Source: Prochlorococcus sp. AG-459-O09 (lineage in GTDB: Bacteria; Cyanobacteriota; Cyanobacteriia; PCC-6307; Cyanobiaceae). From it: a stretch of DNA of 64,000 bases. Each line of letters begins with the position of its first letter. Position 1 is the stretch's first letter. This document shows, in pieces, positions 22,345 to 30,654 of the stretch. The notes below the pieces were generated by a model. That model saw only the letters and a list, made by a program, of their open reading frames with translations. It was not told the DNA's origin and ran no database searches. The stretch spans positions 10,092-74,091 of the forward strand of contig QCRH01000001.1 in the NCBI GenBank assembly GCA_003211955.1. The letters run 5' to 3'. Position numbers and translations under genes: made by a program.

Positions 22345-22818
22345 ATGAGATTTATAATTTTAACTTTTTTAATAATTTTTTTAACCTTCCCTTCTAGAAG
22401 CTTCGCTGCGTTGGATTATGGTAAACAATCTTTGGTAGGAGCTGATTTTTCTGGATCTGATTTAAAAGGAGCAACTTTCTATTTGACTGATTTACAAGAC
22501 GCAAATTTATCAGGTTGTGAGCTCCAAAATGCGACTCTTTATGGAGCAAAATTGAAAGATACTAATTTAAGTAACTCCAACTTAAGAGAAGTAACTTTAG
22601 ACTCAGCTGTTCTAGATGGAACAGATTTATCAAATACTAACTTGGAGGATTCTTTTGCTTATAGTACCCAGTTTGAAAATGTAAAAATACAAGGAGCAGA
22701 CTTCACAAATGTTTTTTTGCCGAAAGATATTATTAGGAAATTTTGTGAAAGTGCCACTGGAACTAATCCAATCACAAATAGAGACACAAGAGAAACTTTA
22801 GAGTGCGATTACATTTGA
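22345..22818 (+). CDS. Pentapeptide-repeat protein with signal peptide
   Basis: A(D/N)LxG/A pentapeptide repeats; TGTNPIT...TRETLEC tail. Confidence 0.9.
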   Translation: MRFIILTFLIIFLTFPSRSFAALDYGKQSLVGADFSGSDLKGATFYLTDLQDANLSGCELQNATLYGAKLKDTNLSNSNLREVTLDSAVLDGTDLSNTNLEDSFAYSTQFENVKIQGADFTNVFLPKDIIRKFCESATGTNPITNRDTRETLECDYI

Positions 22819-22820
22819 AT

Positions 22821-23225
22821 TTATGCACATACAAGTTCTTTTTTAATCTTTCTTTGTTTATAAAGTGATCTCCCAACAGGCCAACCTAAAGTAGATAAAT
22901 GTCTCATTAAAGAACTGGAATATTTGAAATAAAAATTTTCTGAGTATTTGATACCAAGTTCTTTAAGAGTGATTATTAATAAAAATAGATCTTTCTTATT
23001 GCCTTTTCTCATCTCCAATAATATCAATGTTTCACTTGATAATTTTTTTTCTAAAACCTTTTTATTTTCAGCAAAACCAACTTTAAGTGAATCAAATTTA
23101 TCAGAATAAAGAGTATAAATTATTCCATCTTTGAATTTATCTATAGAGGTATCTACATAGGTATCTACATTAAACCTTGATGATATTAATGTTTTGTATC
23201 CTTTTATGATTTTTCTGTTATTCAT
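22821..23225 (-). CDS. Hypothetical protein (weak GIY-YIG-like motif)
   Basis: GIIYTL...LKVGF; 134-aa ORF, start uncertain. Confidence 0.55.
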   Translation of the reverse strand: MNNRKIIKGYKTLISSRFNVDTYVDTSIDKFKDGIIYTLYSDKFDSLKVGFAENKKVLEKKLSSETLILLEMRKGNKKDLFLLIITLKELGIKYSENFYFKYSSSLMRHLSTLGWPVGRSLYKQRKIKKELVCA

Positions 23226-23227
23226 AA

Positions 23228-23725
23228 TTATTTAATTTCATTGTGAGCTATTTCATATTTCTCTAATAGATTGTTTACTTCTGCTAGTGCAATCCTCTTT
23301 TGACAGGCTGAGTCATATCTATTTACTGCTACAGAAGGTATTGAACCTTTGCTTTTCATTTCCCTTATACCAGTTTCTAAACATTGAAAAGCAACACTTG
23401 AAAGATCTCTTCCTTCTGCTGCTGCCCAAACTTTTAAAAGATAAGTAAGATTTGATGGTACTGAGATTTGTACTTTGTTTGAATTTGAAGTATTTAATGC
23501 AATATCATCGAGACTAATTTCTTTAGATGAAATAGTTTCTTTAACCTTTTTCTTCAAAAATTTTACTTGGCTTATAGCGTCCTCTTTATTCTTTATTTTT
23601 TGTTCTATTTCAAATAACTCTTCTTCAGAATTAATTAAAGCTTCTAATGCCCATTTAGCATCATCTTTCGTAACGGCGGTTCTATCAAGCCATTCATCCC
23701 TTATTTTTGACCAATTACTAGCCAT
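23228..23725 (-). CDS. Ribbon-helix-helix domain protein with N-terminal coiled coil
   Basis: VQISVPSNLTYLLKVWAAAEGRDLSSVAFQCLE fits the RHH pattern. Confidence 0.65.
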   Translation of the reverse strand: MASNWSKIRDEWLDRTAVTKDDAKWALEALINSEEELFEIEQKIKNKEDAISQVKFLKKKVKETISSKEISLDDIALNTSNSNKVQISVPSNLTYLLKVWAAAEGRDLSSVAFQCLETGIREMKSKGSIPSVAVNRYDSACQKRIALAEVNNLLEKYEIAHNEIK

Positions 23726-23756
23726 AAGCTTTATGCGATAATTTTATAATATATAA

Positions 23757-23790
23757 ATCTAAATAGAATGTCTACATATTCTATTTAGAT
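23757..23790. promoter_or_regulatory. Perfect 13-bp inverted repeat upstream of the RHH gene (candidate operator)
   Basis: ATCTAAATAGAAT-gtctacat-ATTCTATTTAGAT, about 30 nt upstream of the start codon. Confidence 0.5.
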
Positions 23791-23992
23791 GTAATATAGA
23801 TTATAAAAATTTGAATTTTATTTTTAGAAACCCTCATCTTGGAAATAATCTTTTATTGCCATTGAAACTTCAGAATCTATCCAATTTGATTTAAATGGTA
23901 TTTTTTTAAGTTAATTGAAAACGATATATTTGAGAATTCAATCTTTTTTTTAACTTTATTTATTTGTTTATTTAATTAAAACTCCCGAACTT

Positions 23993-24382
23993 TTAATCTC
24001 TTTCAATAAGTTCAATTTTATATCCATCTGGATCCTCAACAAAGGCTAAGACAGTAGAACTGTTTTTCATTGTTTTAGGTTTGGTTGTTATTTTACAACC
24101 ATTATTTTCTAATCCTTGGCAAATTAGATAGATATCTTTTACTCCAATAGCTATATGACCATATTTATCCCCAAGCTCATAGTCTTCTGACTTTTTGTCC
24201 CAGTTATAAGTTAATTCAATTACAGCATTTTCTTTTTCTGAGCCATAACCAACAAATGCCAAGGTGAATTTTCCATGTGGGTAATCCTTTTTTCTTAATA
24301 GATTCATTCCTAATCTATTGACGTAGAAATCAATGGATTTATCTAAATTTCCAACTCTCAGCATTGTATGTAGGATACGCAT
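23993..24382 (-). CDS. gloA: Lactoylglutathione lyase (glyoxalase I)
   Basis: ILHTMLRV, IELTYNW, YGHIAI, FVEDPDGYKIELI. Confidence 0.93.
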   Translation of the reverse strand: MRILHTMLRVGNLDKSIDFYVNRLGMNLLRKKDYPHGKFTLAFVGYGSEKENAVIELTYNWDKKSEDYELGDKYGHIAIGVKDIYLICQGLENNGCKITTKPKTMKNSSTVLAFVEDPDGYKIELIERD

Positions 24383-24516
24383 TTTAAATTTTGAACCTTA
24401 TTTAATTATCTAATATTTAATAACCACATGCCAAAATTGATATTTTTCGAGAATAGATCATTAATTAAGTTAAGAAAAATTAGGTTAAAATATTATTACT
24501 AGATTTCAACAACATA

Positions 24517-24951
24517 TTGAATCAGATATTCCAGAGACTCTCATCAGTATTTTTGTATACTTTGCCATTAAAGGCATCAATACCTTTTGGATATTATTTG
24601 TTTTATAAATATTCTTTTTTAAAAATACTATTATTTCTAACTTTTCCAATAGCAATAATTGAAAAATCTTTGCCTTTTGGTAGTTTTTTCTTATTTATAA
24701 TTTTGTTTGCTGGATTAGCAAGAAATCCAAAAGTCCCCTATTTCGTTAGATATAACGCATGCCAAGCATTACTTATTGATATTGCTTTGATTATAATTTC
24801 ATATCTCTTGAGAATATTTCCCATAGTTGAATTAGGTTCAATTATTTTTGTATTTACACTATGTATTTTTATCTATTCGATTTCAAAATGTATTTATGGA
24901 GTGGAACCTGAAATTCCCTTAATTAGTAAATCTGTAAGAATGCAAATTTAA
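24517..24951 (+). CDS. Tic20/Ycf60-family membrane protein
   Basis: RNPKVPYFVRYNACQALLIDI, PEIPLIS. Confidence 0.8.
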   Translation: MNQIFQRLSSVFLYTLPLKASIPFGYYLFYKYSFLKILLFLTFPIAIIEKSLPFGSFFLFIILFAGLARNPKVPYFVRYNACQALLIDIALIIISYLLRIFPIVELGSIIFVFTLCIFIYSISKCIYGVEPEIPLISKSVRMQI

Positions 24952-24978
24952 AAAGATTTATAGATTTACTGATTTTCA

Positions 24979-25308
24979 TCAACACTCATTCAGAATAGAT
25001 TCCCATCTTTGTTGACTTGCCTTTATTACTTGCATAGGTGGATTAGCACCCTCTATTTCAAAGGCCTTAATTAATGATTTATTAGCTAATAGGCCTAATC
25101 TTGCGGCCTCTCTTTGCCTGGAGCACACTTTTTTTCTTGATCCCTCTTTTAAAGTATCTTCGATTTCTTTAAGAATCTTGCTAGCTTCATAAGATTTAGA
25201 ATAAAAATCATTCATATATACATCAAGTGCCGTATCAGCAAAAATTTTAATTGGAGAGATTATTGTGACTAAGCACACCATAAAACTTGTTAATACAAAT
25301 ATTTTCAT
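24979..25308 (-). CDS. Hypothetical secreted protein
   Basis: Signal-peptide-like N-terminus, two Cys. Confidence 0.6.
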   Translation of the reverse strand: MKIFVLTSFMVCLVTIISPIKIFADTALDVYMNDFYSKSYEASKILKEIEDTLKEGSRKKVCSRQREAARLGLLANKSLIKAFEIEGANPPMQVIKASQQRWESILNEC

Positions 25309-25315
25309 AAGAATC

Positions 25316-25900
25316 TTAATTAAATTTTTTATATGATCTCTTTAACACTAAATAAAAGGTAAGAACGCTAATTGTTCCCGATGGGCCTATTAAAAGATGC
25401 CAAAATTGATCACCGCTAATTGATAGCCTGGTTCCAAAGAAAGTCGTAAAAAAAATACCAAATATTGGGTAAAGGATAAAAAGCCAATCTTTAAAAACTC
25501 TTTGCCAATTTTTTATTAGAAATATACTAATTATTACTTGAAAAAGAAGTGCAATAGATTTATCAAATAAAAAATATGAGATTATTGAACTTAAAGAAAT
25601 GCAAAAGTTAGTTGTTCGAATAAATTTATTTTTTACAACTGATATTGATAAAAATGTTAGGCCTAAAGACAGGAAAGAATAAAATAACCAATTAAAAAAA
25701 GAGGAATGATCTACATAAATCCAAGATGTTTGAGTATGATCTATCATCTCAGAAATTGACGCTAATCCTAAAAAAATAAAACCTGAAGGTATAAATTTGT
25801 TTTTGCTTATATGTTGAAATTTATTGATCGATCTAATACCTAATATTATTGGGATTATTGCCGCTTGAAAATGGGCTAATAATAAAATTGAAAAAAACAA
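25316..25900 (-). CDS. Hypothetical membrane protein
   Basis: Several TM segments; EMIDHT..W.Y..H. Confidence 0.65.
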   Translation of the reverse strand: MFFSILLLAHFQAAIIPIILGIRSINKFQHISKNKFIPSGFIFLGLASISEMIDHTQTSWIYVDHSSFFNWLFYSFLSLGLTFLSISVVKNKFIRTTNFCISLSSIISYFLFDKSIALLFQVIISIFLIKNWQRVFKDWLFILYPIFGIFFTTFFGTRLSISGDQFWHLLIGPSGTISVLTFYLVLKRSYKKFN

Positions 25901-25955
25901 AATAAAATCTCAAACTAAAATTATCTAAAATTAAAATACAAATCCAAGTAAAACC

Positions 25956-26156
25956 TTATTTTAGTAGAGAAATATACCATTGCCCAATTACTATAATCAA
26001 TATTGTAAGAACAAAAGGGAAAGCAGGATATCTTGTCTGAAAATTAGCAGGTGGCCAGGGAGACCAAGATATTAATCTTCCTTGAGGTTCATTTGAAATA
26101 ACTTTTTTTTTCGATTTTTTGGATATTAAATTATCTGTGGAGAAACCTTTACTCAT
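25956..26156 (-). CDS. Small membrane protein
   Basis: 66-aa ORF with C-terminal TM helix. Confidence 0.55.
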   Translation of the reverse strand: MSKGFSTDNLISKKSKKKVISNEPQGRLISWSPWPPANFQTRYPAFPFVLTILIIVIGQWYISLLK

Positions 26157-26241
26157 AGTCCAAATAAAATTATCCTAACAAAGACTTACCAAAAGGGGCG
26201 TTTATATTATTAGATTCAATTTTAGTTGCTTTTATTTAGAA

Positions 26242-26303
26242 CGGAGGAAGTGGGATTCGAACCCACGGTGCCCTTGCAGACACGCTGGTTTTCAAGACTA
26301 GAG
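26242..26303 (-). repeat. tRNA-Ser(TGA) 3' fragment (att site, left island boundary)
   Basis: 62 nt matching 57522-57583 with 3 mismatches, from the 3' end through the anticodon arm. Confidence 0.9.
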
Positions 26304-26393
26304 ACCATAAAAAAATAACTGTTTCGGAAACAAATCGGAAACAGTAGTCAAGTAAGCTATTAAAATTATTGATATAACTACAACCTTAGAAAC

Positions 26394-26600
26394 TTTTCAA
26401 GATTAGAGCCTTAAACCACTCGACCAGCCCTCCAGGGTTAAATATTTAGTTTTTACTTTTAAATTATGGCAGTATTGAGTTGCAGAAAGGCTTTCTTCTT
26501 GAGTAGATATTTAAAAATAAAAATATCGTTTTTAATTTATTTTTACTTGAAGAGTTTAAACAGTGATTTTTATTGAAAAATGGTCTCTTTGTGGTCTCCC
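26394..26600 (-). repeat. Diverged direct repeat of the tRNA-Ser 5' half plus about 165 nt of upstream region (partner 57569-57774)
   Basis: TTTTCAAGA(T/C)TAGAGCCTTAAACCACTCGACCA.CCCTCC...GCAGTATTGAGTTGCA...TGGTCTCTTT(G/A)TGGTCTCC in both copies. Confidence 0.88.
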
Positions 26601-26657
26601 CTGTCTCGATAGGGTTATCTTGAATCAATAACTCCTGATGAAATACCTTTTTAAGAA

Positions 26658-26689
26658 TTGACAGTCGATCTACAATAAGGGGCAATAAG
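26658..26689 (+). repeat. Conserved 32-bp cargo-end motif, copy 1
   Basis: TTGACAGTCGATCTACAATAAGGGGCAATAAG; 27/32 identical to each of the reverse-strand copies at 55892-55923 and 57305-57336. Confidence 0.8.
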
Positions 26690-26795
26690 TTCCCTTTTTT
26701 AAAGTGTTTTGAAAGAGAATATTAACTTAATTTAACAAAATTGTTTTTAAAAATTTATTTTAATATTATAAAAATTGAGCTATATAAATTCAAAA

Positions 26796-27113
26796 ATGTC
26801 AGATGAACAAGCAAAAGTTTTTGCTGAAAAAGCATTTAAAGATCCTTCTATTTTAGAAAAATTATCTGTTGATAATGCAGATATTGTTGCAATAGCAAAA
26901 GAGCATGGTCATGAGTTCGATGAAGAGCATATTAAAGCTGCTGAATCTCACTTTGACTCACTTACTGATGCAATGTCCGATGAGGAACTTGAAGATGTAG
27001 CAGGTGGTACTGGTTTCACAGTAGGAGGTAACGTGTCGATAGGAGGTAACATTACGATAGGGGGAAGTGGGGGTGTATTCCGACCAGCAAACCCATTTGG
27101 AGGCTTCGGATAA
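26796..27113 (+). CDS. Nif11-like leader RiPP precursor A1 (core TGFTVGGNVSIGGNITIGGSGGVFRPANPFGGFG)
   Basis: Leader F..KA.KDP...DIVAIAKEHG.EF...MSDEELEDVAGG; ATG at 26796 chosen by alignment with paralog 53861-54151. Confidence 0.9.
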   Translation: MSDEQAKVFAEKAFKDPSILEKLSVDNADIVAIAKEHGHEFDEEHIKAAESHFDSLTDAMSDEELEDVAGGTGFTVGGNVSIGGNITIGGSGGVFRPANPFGGFG

Positions 27114-27551
27114 TTTCCTGAAAAGGTACCGAAATTTAATGCCTTTTACTGTTACGTTTATAACTATAAGCTACCTTGCGGAAGGAAATTTTAGTATTAA
27201 TGAAGTGTTGTTAGATTAGAAATTATCATAACCTATTTCAATATTAGAGATATTGAGAAAAATTTTTATGCAATTAACTTTAATGATATGAAGGGAAATC
27301 AAATAAGACTTTCTTCATTTAGTAAGTCTAGTAAGTCAATACAGAAGTAAGAATTTATAGAAAATGTGAGTCTAAATATTTATATAAAGGTTTAAAAATT
27401 TAAAATAAATAAAAAATTTGAAGTTTAAAACCATAAGATAATAATATATTCATAGTGAACTATTTCATTTATTATCTATACCTTAAAAAGTTAATATAAA
27501 CATAGATAAATTCTAATTTTCAAAGCATTTGATATGGATGCTTGTTTTTAC

Positions 27552-29234
27552 TTATTTTGGCTTGTAAAGATGCTCTTTTAATAAGGAATTTAAGCAATTT
27601 GGAGAAAGATGAACTCCATCACACATATATAACTCATTATTAAAACCTTCTTTTGTAGTTGTTAAAGAATAAACATCTACAAAATAAGCACCTTTTGATA
27701 GAACATCTTTTTTTAAAACTTTATTATAAGTATTAACCACCGCTGCAACTTGATGATCTTCTTTTTCTCTTGAGCCTATCTCAATATTTGGTGCAGGTAT
27801 CCCAAAATAAAATCTTTTAGAATATTTTTTTGAAAGCAATTTTTCCATATATTTAACATAATTCTTAACTGTGTTTTCGCAGATTACTTTTATATCCTTT
27901 TTATTTTTTATGGAATATTGAAGGATCCCTTCGTTTTTTAAACAATCTATTTGACCAAAAGAAATTAATATCTCATCACTATAATTATGGTTTTCGATTT
28001 GATTAGTAATGGAATCCTTCCATTGATTATTTTCACTGCTAGCAAAATGCCAAGCCTTTGCACCAATTATTAAAACTGGTTGGATTATCATGGATTTTGA
28101 GGATATATCTATAGATTGATGCGCAAAAGAAAGACAATGACTTTCTCCAATATGTGGAATTTTTTGAAAATCATTTTTTTTATTTTTTTTACAAAGTAAT
28201 GGGTAAAGAGTTTTTAAAAATTCTAAATAAGTAGAAACATGTTTTTTATTCATTTCATTTTTAATTAAGGGAATTCCTTTTTTTTTGATAAATGTTTTTA
28301 TTATTTGTATCTGAATAAAAAATTTTGGGAAGTTTCCAATTATTAAATTAGAAATCAAAAGTCTAAACATTGCGAGGAATTTATATTCATCACTAATTAA
28401 TTTTGAATTAATCGTTGATTTCGATAAGTGAATAAGTTCATCTAATTTACCAAGGTCAGTCAATATGAAACCTAAAGTAGAATGAGCTTCTCCATAATCT
28501 GGATTTAATTGAATTGCTTTACGGGTATAAAATTCTGCTTCTTTTAGTTTTCCTTTAGTTCTCAATAAATTTCCTAAATTAGAATATGGCTCTGCAAGTT
28601 CAGAATTAATTCGAATTGCTTTGCGAGTATACAGTTCTGCTTGTTTTAGTTTTCCTTGGGCTCTGAATAAATTTCCTAAATTAGAATATGGTTCAGCAAT
28701 ATTAGGATTAAGTTTTATTGCTCTTTGAGTATAAAATTTTGCTTCTTTTAAATTATTAAAATCAGCCAAAATAAGTCCAAGATTCGAATTAGCCTCTGCA
28801 AGTTTAGGATCTAATTTAATTGCCTTGCGAGCATAAAACTCTCCTTCTTTGAGATTATCAAGTTCTCTTAAAATAAGTGCAAGATTAGAAAATGCATTAG
28901 CAAAGAAAGGATCTAACTTAATTGCTTTACGAGTATAAAATTCTGCTTCTTTCAGATTGCCAAGATTTTTAAGTATTGCGCCATAATTTATAAAAATAAT
29001 TTTGTTGTTAATATTTTTACTAATGCAAAATTTATAATATTTAATTGCTTTAGGGATATTCCCCTTTAAATGAAAATGAAGAGATAGGTATATTAATTTT
29101 TTTTTGTCTTTCTCAGAAATATGATTTGATTTAATTTCCTCTTCTACAATGGAATTAGATTGCAATAAATTTGCTGATTGATCAAAGTCTAAAGTATTCT
29201 TTTTTACTTTATTGTTTTTTTTAATATCTTCCAT
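27552..29234 (-). CDS. TPR-repeat protein with C-terminal SGNH/GDSL-like domain
   Basis: About 6 TPRs (YSNLGNL...GKLKEAE.YTRKAI.LNP); HIGESH and CDGVHLS (G-x-S and DxxH). Confidence 0.75.
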   Translation of the reverse strand: MEDIKKNNKVKKNTLDFDQSANLLQSNSIVEEEIKSNHISEKDKKKLIYLSLHFHLKGNIPKAIKYYKFCISKNINNKIIFINYGAILKNLGNLKEAEFYTRKAIKLDPFFANAFSNLALILRELDNLKEGEFYARKAIKLDPKLAEANSNLGLILADFNNLKEAKFYTQRAIKLNPNIAEPYSNLGNLFRAQGKLKQAELYTRKAIRINSELAEPYSNLGNLLRTKGKLKEAEFYTRKAIQLNPDYGEAHSTLGFILTDLGKLDELIHLSKSTINSKLISDEYKFLAMFRLLISNLIIGNFPKFFIQIQIIKTFIKKKGIPLIKNEMNKKHVSTYLEFLKTLYPLLCKKNKKNDFQKIPHIGESHCLSFAHQSIDISSKSMIIQPVLIIGAKAWHFASSENNQWKDSITNQIENHNYSDEILISFGQIDCLKNEGILQYSIKNKKDIKVICENTVKNYVKYMEKLLSKKYSKRFYFGIPAPNIEIGSREKEDHQVAAVVNTYNKVLKKDVLSKGAYFVDVYSLTTTKEGFNNELYMCDGVHLSPNCLNSLLKEHLYKPK

Positions 29235-29505
29235 TATTGAATTTCATAATTAATCTCAAAATAATTAAACTAAAAAAAAATATAGACTAAATATAAATAT
29301 TTTTCATATAAATTTTTTTAGTAAAAATTTATAATTTAGTTTAATTAAAGTCTTCAGTAATTATTGATACAAAAAGTATTCTTATTTTTTTAAATCAAGA
29401 TATACTTCCAATTTTATTATTTCAAAAATTGTAAATTTGAAAAGAAAATGCTTATTCTTATGAAGTAATAGATTTTAAATCTACAAATCATCAATTTTTA
29501 AACCA

Positions 29506-29889
29506 ATGTCTACTAAAGCAAAAGCAGCTATTGACGCAGCATGTGCCGATATGGAATTTCTCAAAGAAATGGTCATGATCGCCGAAAAAAATGAAAGCGA
29601 TAAAGAACATAGATATGAAATTGCAGAAGCATTTGCAAAAAAGGGTTATCCTGATCTTGATGGTGATGATCTATGGGAAACAGCTTTAGCAGATCCAAGA
29701 TTTAATCACAAATTAAATGAATCAAGTAAAGAATATTCCGCAGCTCAAATTGAAGAAATGAGCGATGAAGATCTAGAAAAAGTTGCTGGAGGAGAACTGG
29801 TTGTCATTACTTGTGTTGGAATCGCCTGTGCAACTGGAGTTGGAACTGCTACGATTGTTCAAGAGTCAAGAGCAGGCAGACGCTGGTAA
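29506..29889 (+). CDS. Nif11/NHLP-like leader RiPP precursor B1 (core ELVVITCVGIACATGVGTATIVQESRAGRRW)
   Basis: EMSDEDLEKVAGG double-glycine site; upstream of the C39 exporter. Confidence 0.9.
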   Translation: MSTKAKAAIDAACADMEFLKEMVMIAEKNESDKEHRYEIAEAFAKKGYPDLDGDDLWETALADPRFNHKLNESSKEYSAAQIEEMSDEDLEKVAGGELVVITCVGIACATGVGTATIVQESRAGRRW

Positions 29890-30122
29890 ATATAAATTCA
29901 AATTTGATTATTCTAAAGTTAGCTATCAATAGAATTTATAAATTTTATAGACTTAAGAAAATGGTTTAAATTACTAATTTACATAAATCATAAAGTTTTC
30001 TTAAGAAACAAAATATTCAAATTTAGGATAATTTAATATTTTGGCCAGTTTAAAATATTGCTGCTAGAACTTAAAAGTATCTTCGAGATACAAATAAACC
30101 CCACAAATCTTAAAGTTAAACT

Positions 30123-30503
30123 ATGACTAAAAAGGCTAAAGAGGCACTTGATTTTGCATGTGCTGATAAAGAATTCCTAAAAGAAATGGTTATGATTGCC
30201 GATAAAAATGAAAGCGATCAGGAACATCGTCATGAAATTGCAGCAGCATTTGCAAAAAAAGGTATTGATGTTGATGCTGAGGATTTATATGAAACTGCAA
30301 TGTCAGATCCAAGATTTAACCACAAATTAAATCCATCATCAGAACATCTAACTTCTGCTGAAGTAGCAGAATTAAGCGATGAAGAACTAGAAAAAGTTGC
30401 TGGAGGAGAATTGGTTGTCATTACTTGTGTAGGAATCGGATGTGCAACAGGAGTTGGAGTCGCATCCATTGTTCAAAATTCCCGAGCTGGAAGGCGTTGG
30501 TAA
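30123..30503 (+). CDS. Nif11/NHLP-like leader RiPP precursor B2 (core ELVVITCVGIGCATGVGVASIVQNSRAGRRW)
   Basis: ELSDEELEKVAGG; tandem paralog of B1. Confidence 0.9.
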   Translation: MTKKAKEALDFACADKEFLKEMVMIADKNESDQEHRHEIAAAFAKKGIDVDAEDLYETAMSDPRFNHKLNPSSEHLTSAEVAELSDEELEKVAGGELVVITCVGIGCATGVGVASIVQNSRAGRRW

Positions 30504-30654
30504 GCTAATTCTCAATTAAATCTAATTAAGAAAAATTAAATCTTAAATTCCTAATTCTTTTTTTAAAATTTAAAAACAAATTATTAGGAATTTTGCTAAA
30601 TAAAGGATTTATGGTCAAACAAGTTATTAAAAATCAAAGCATAACCTTTTAAAA

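Noticed and set aside
26242-26433. Intron-containing second functional tRNA-Ser
   Set aside because: The anticodon region is duplicated on both halves, there are acceptor-stem mismatches, and the 90-nt AT-rich insert has no group I/II features.
26464-26685. 73-aa minus-strand ORF
   Set aside because: It overlies the duplicated tRNA upstream region and the 32-bp motif, and is probably non-coding.
28480-28980. About 102-nt periodic DNA repeats
   Set aside because: Explained by 34-aa TPR coding repeats.
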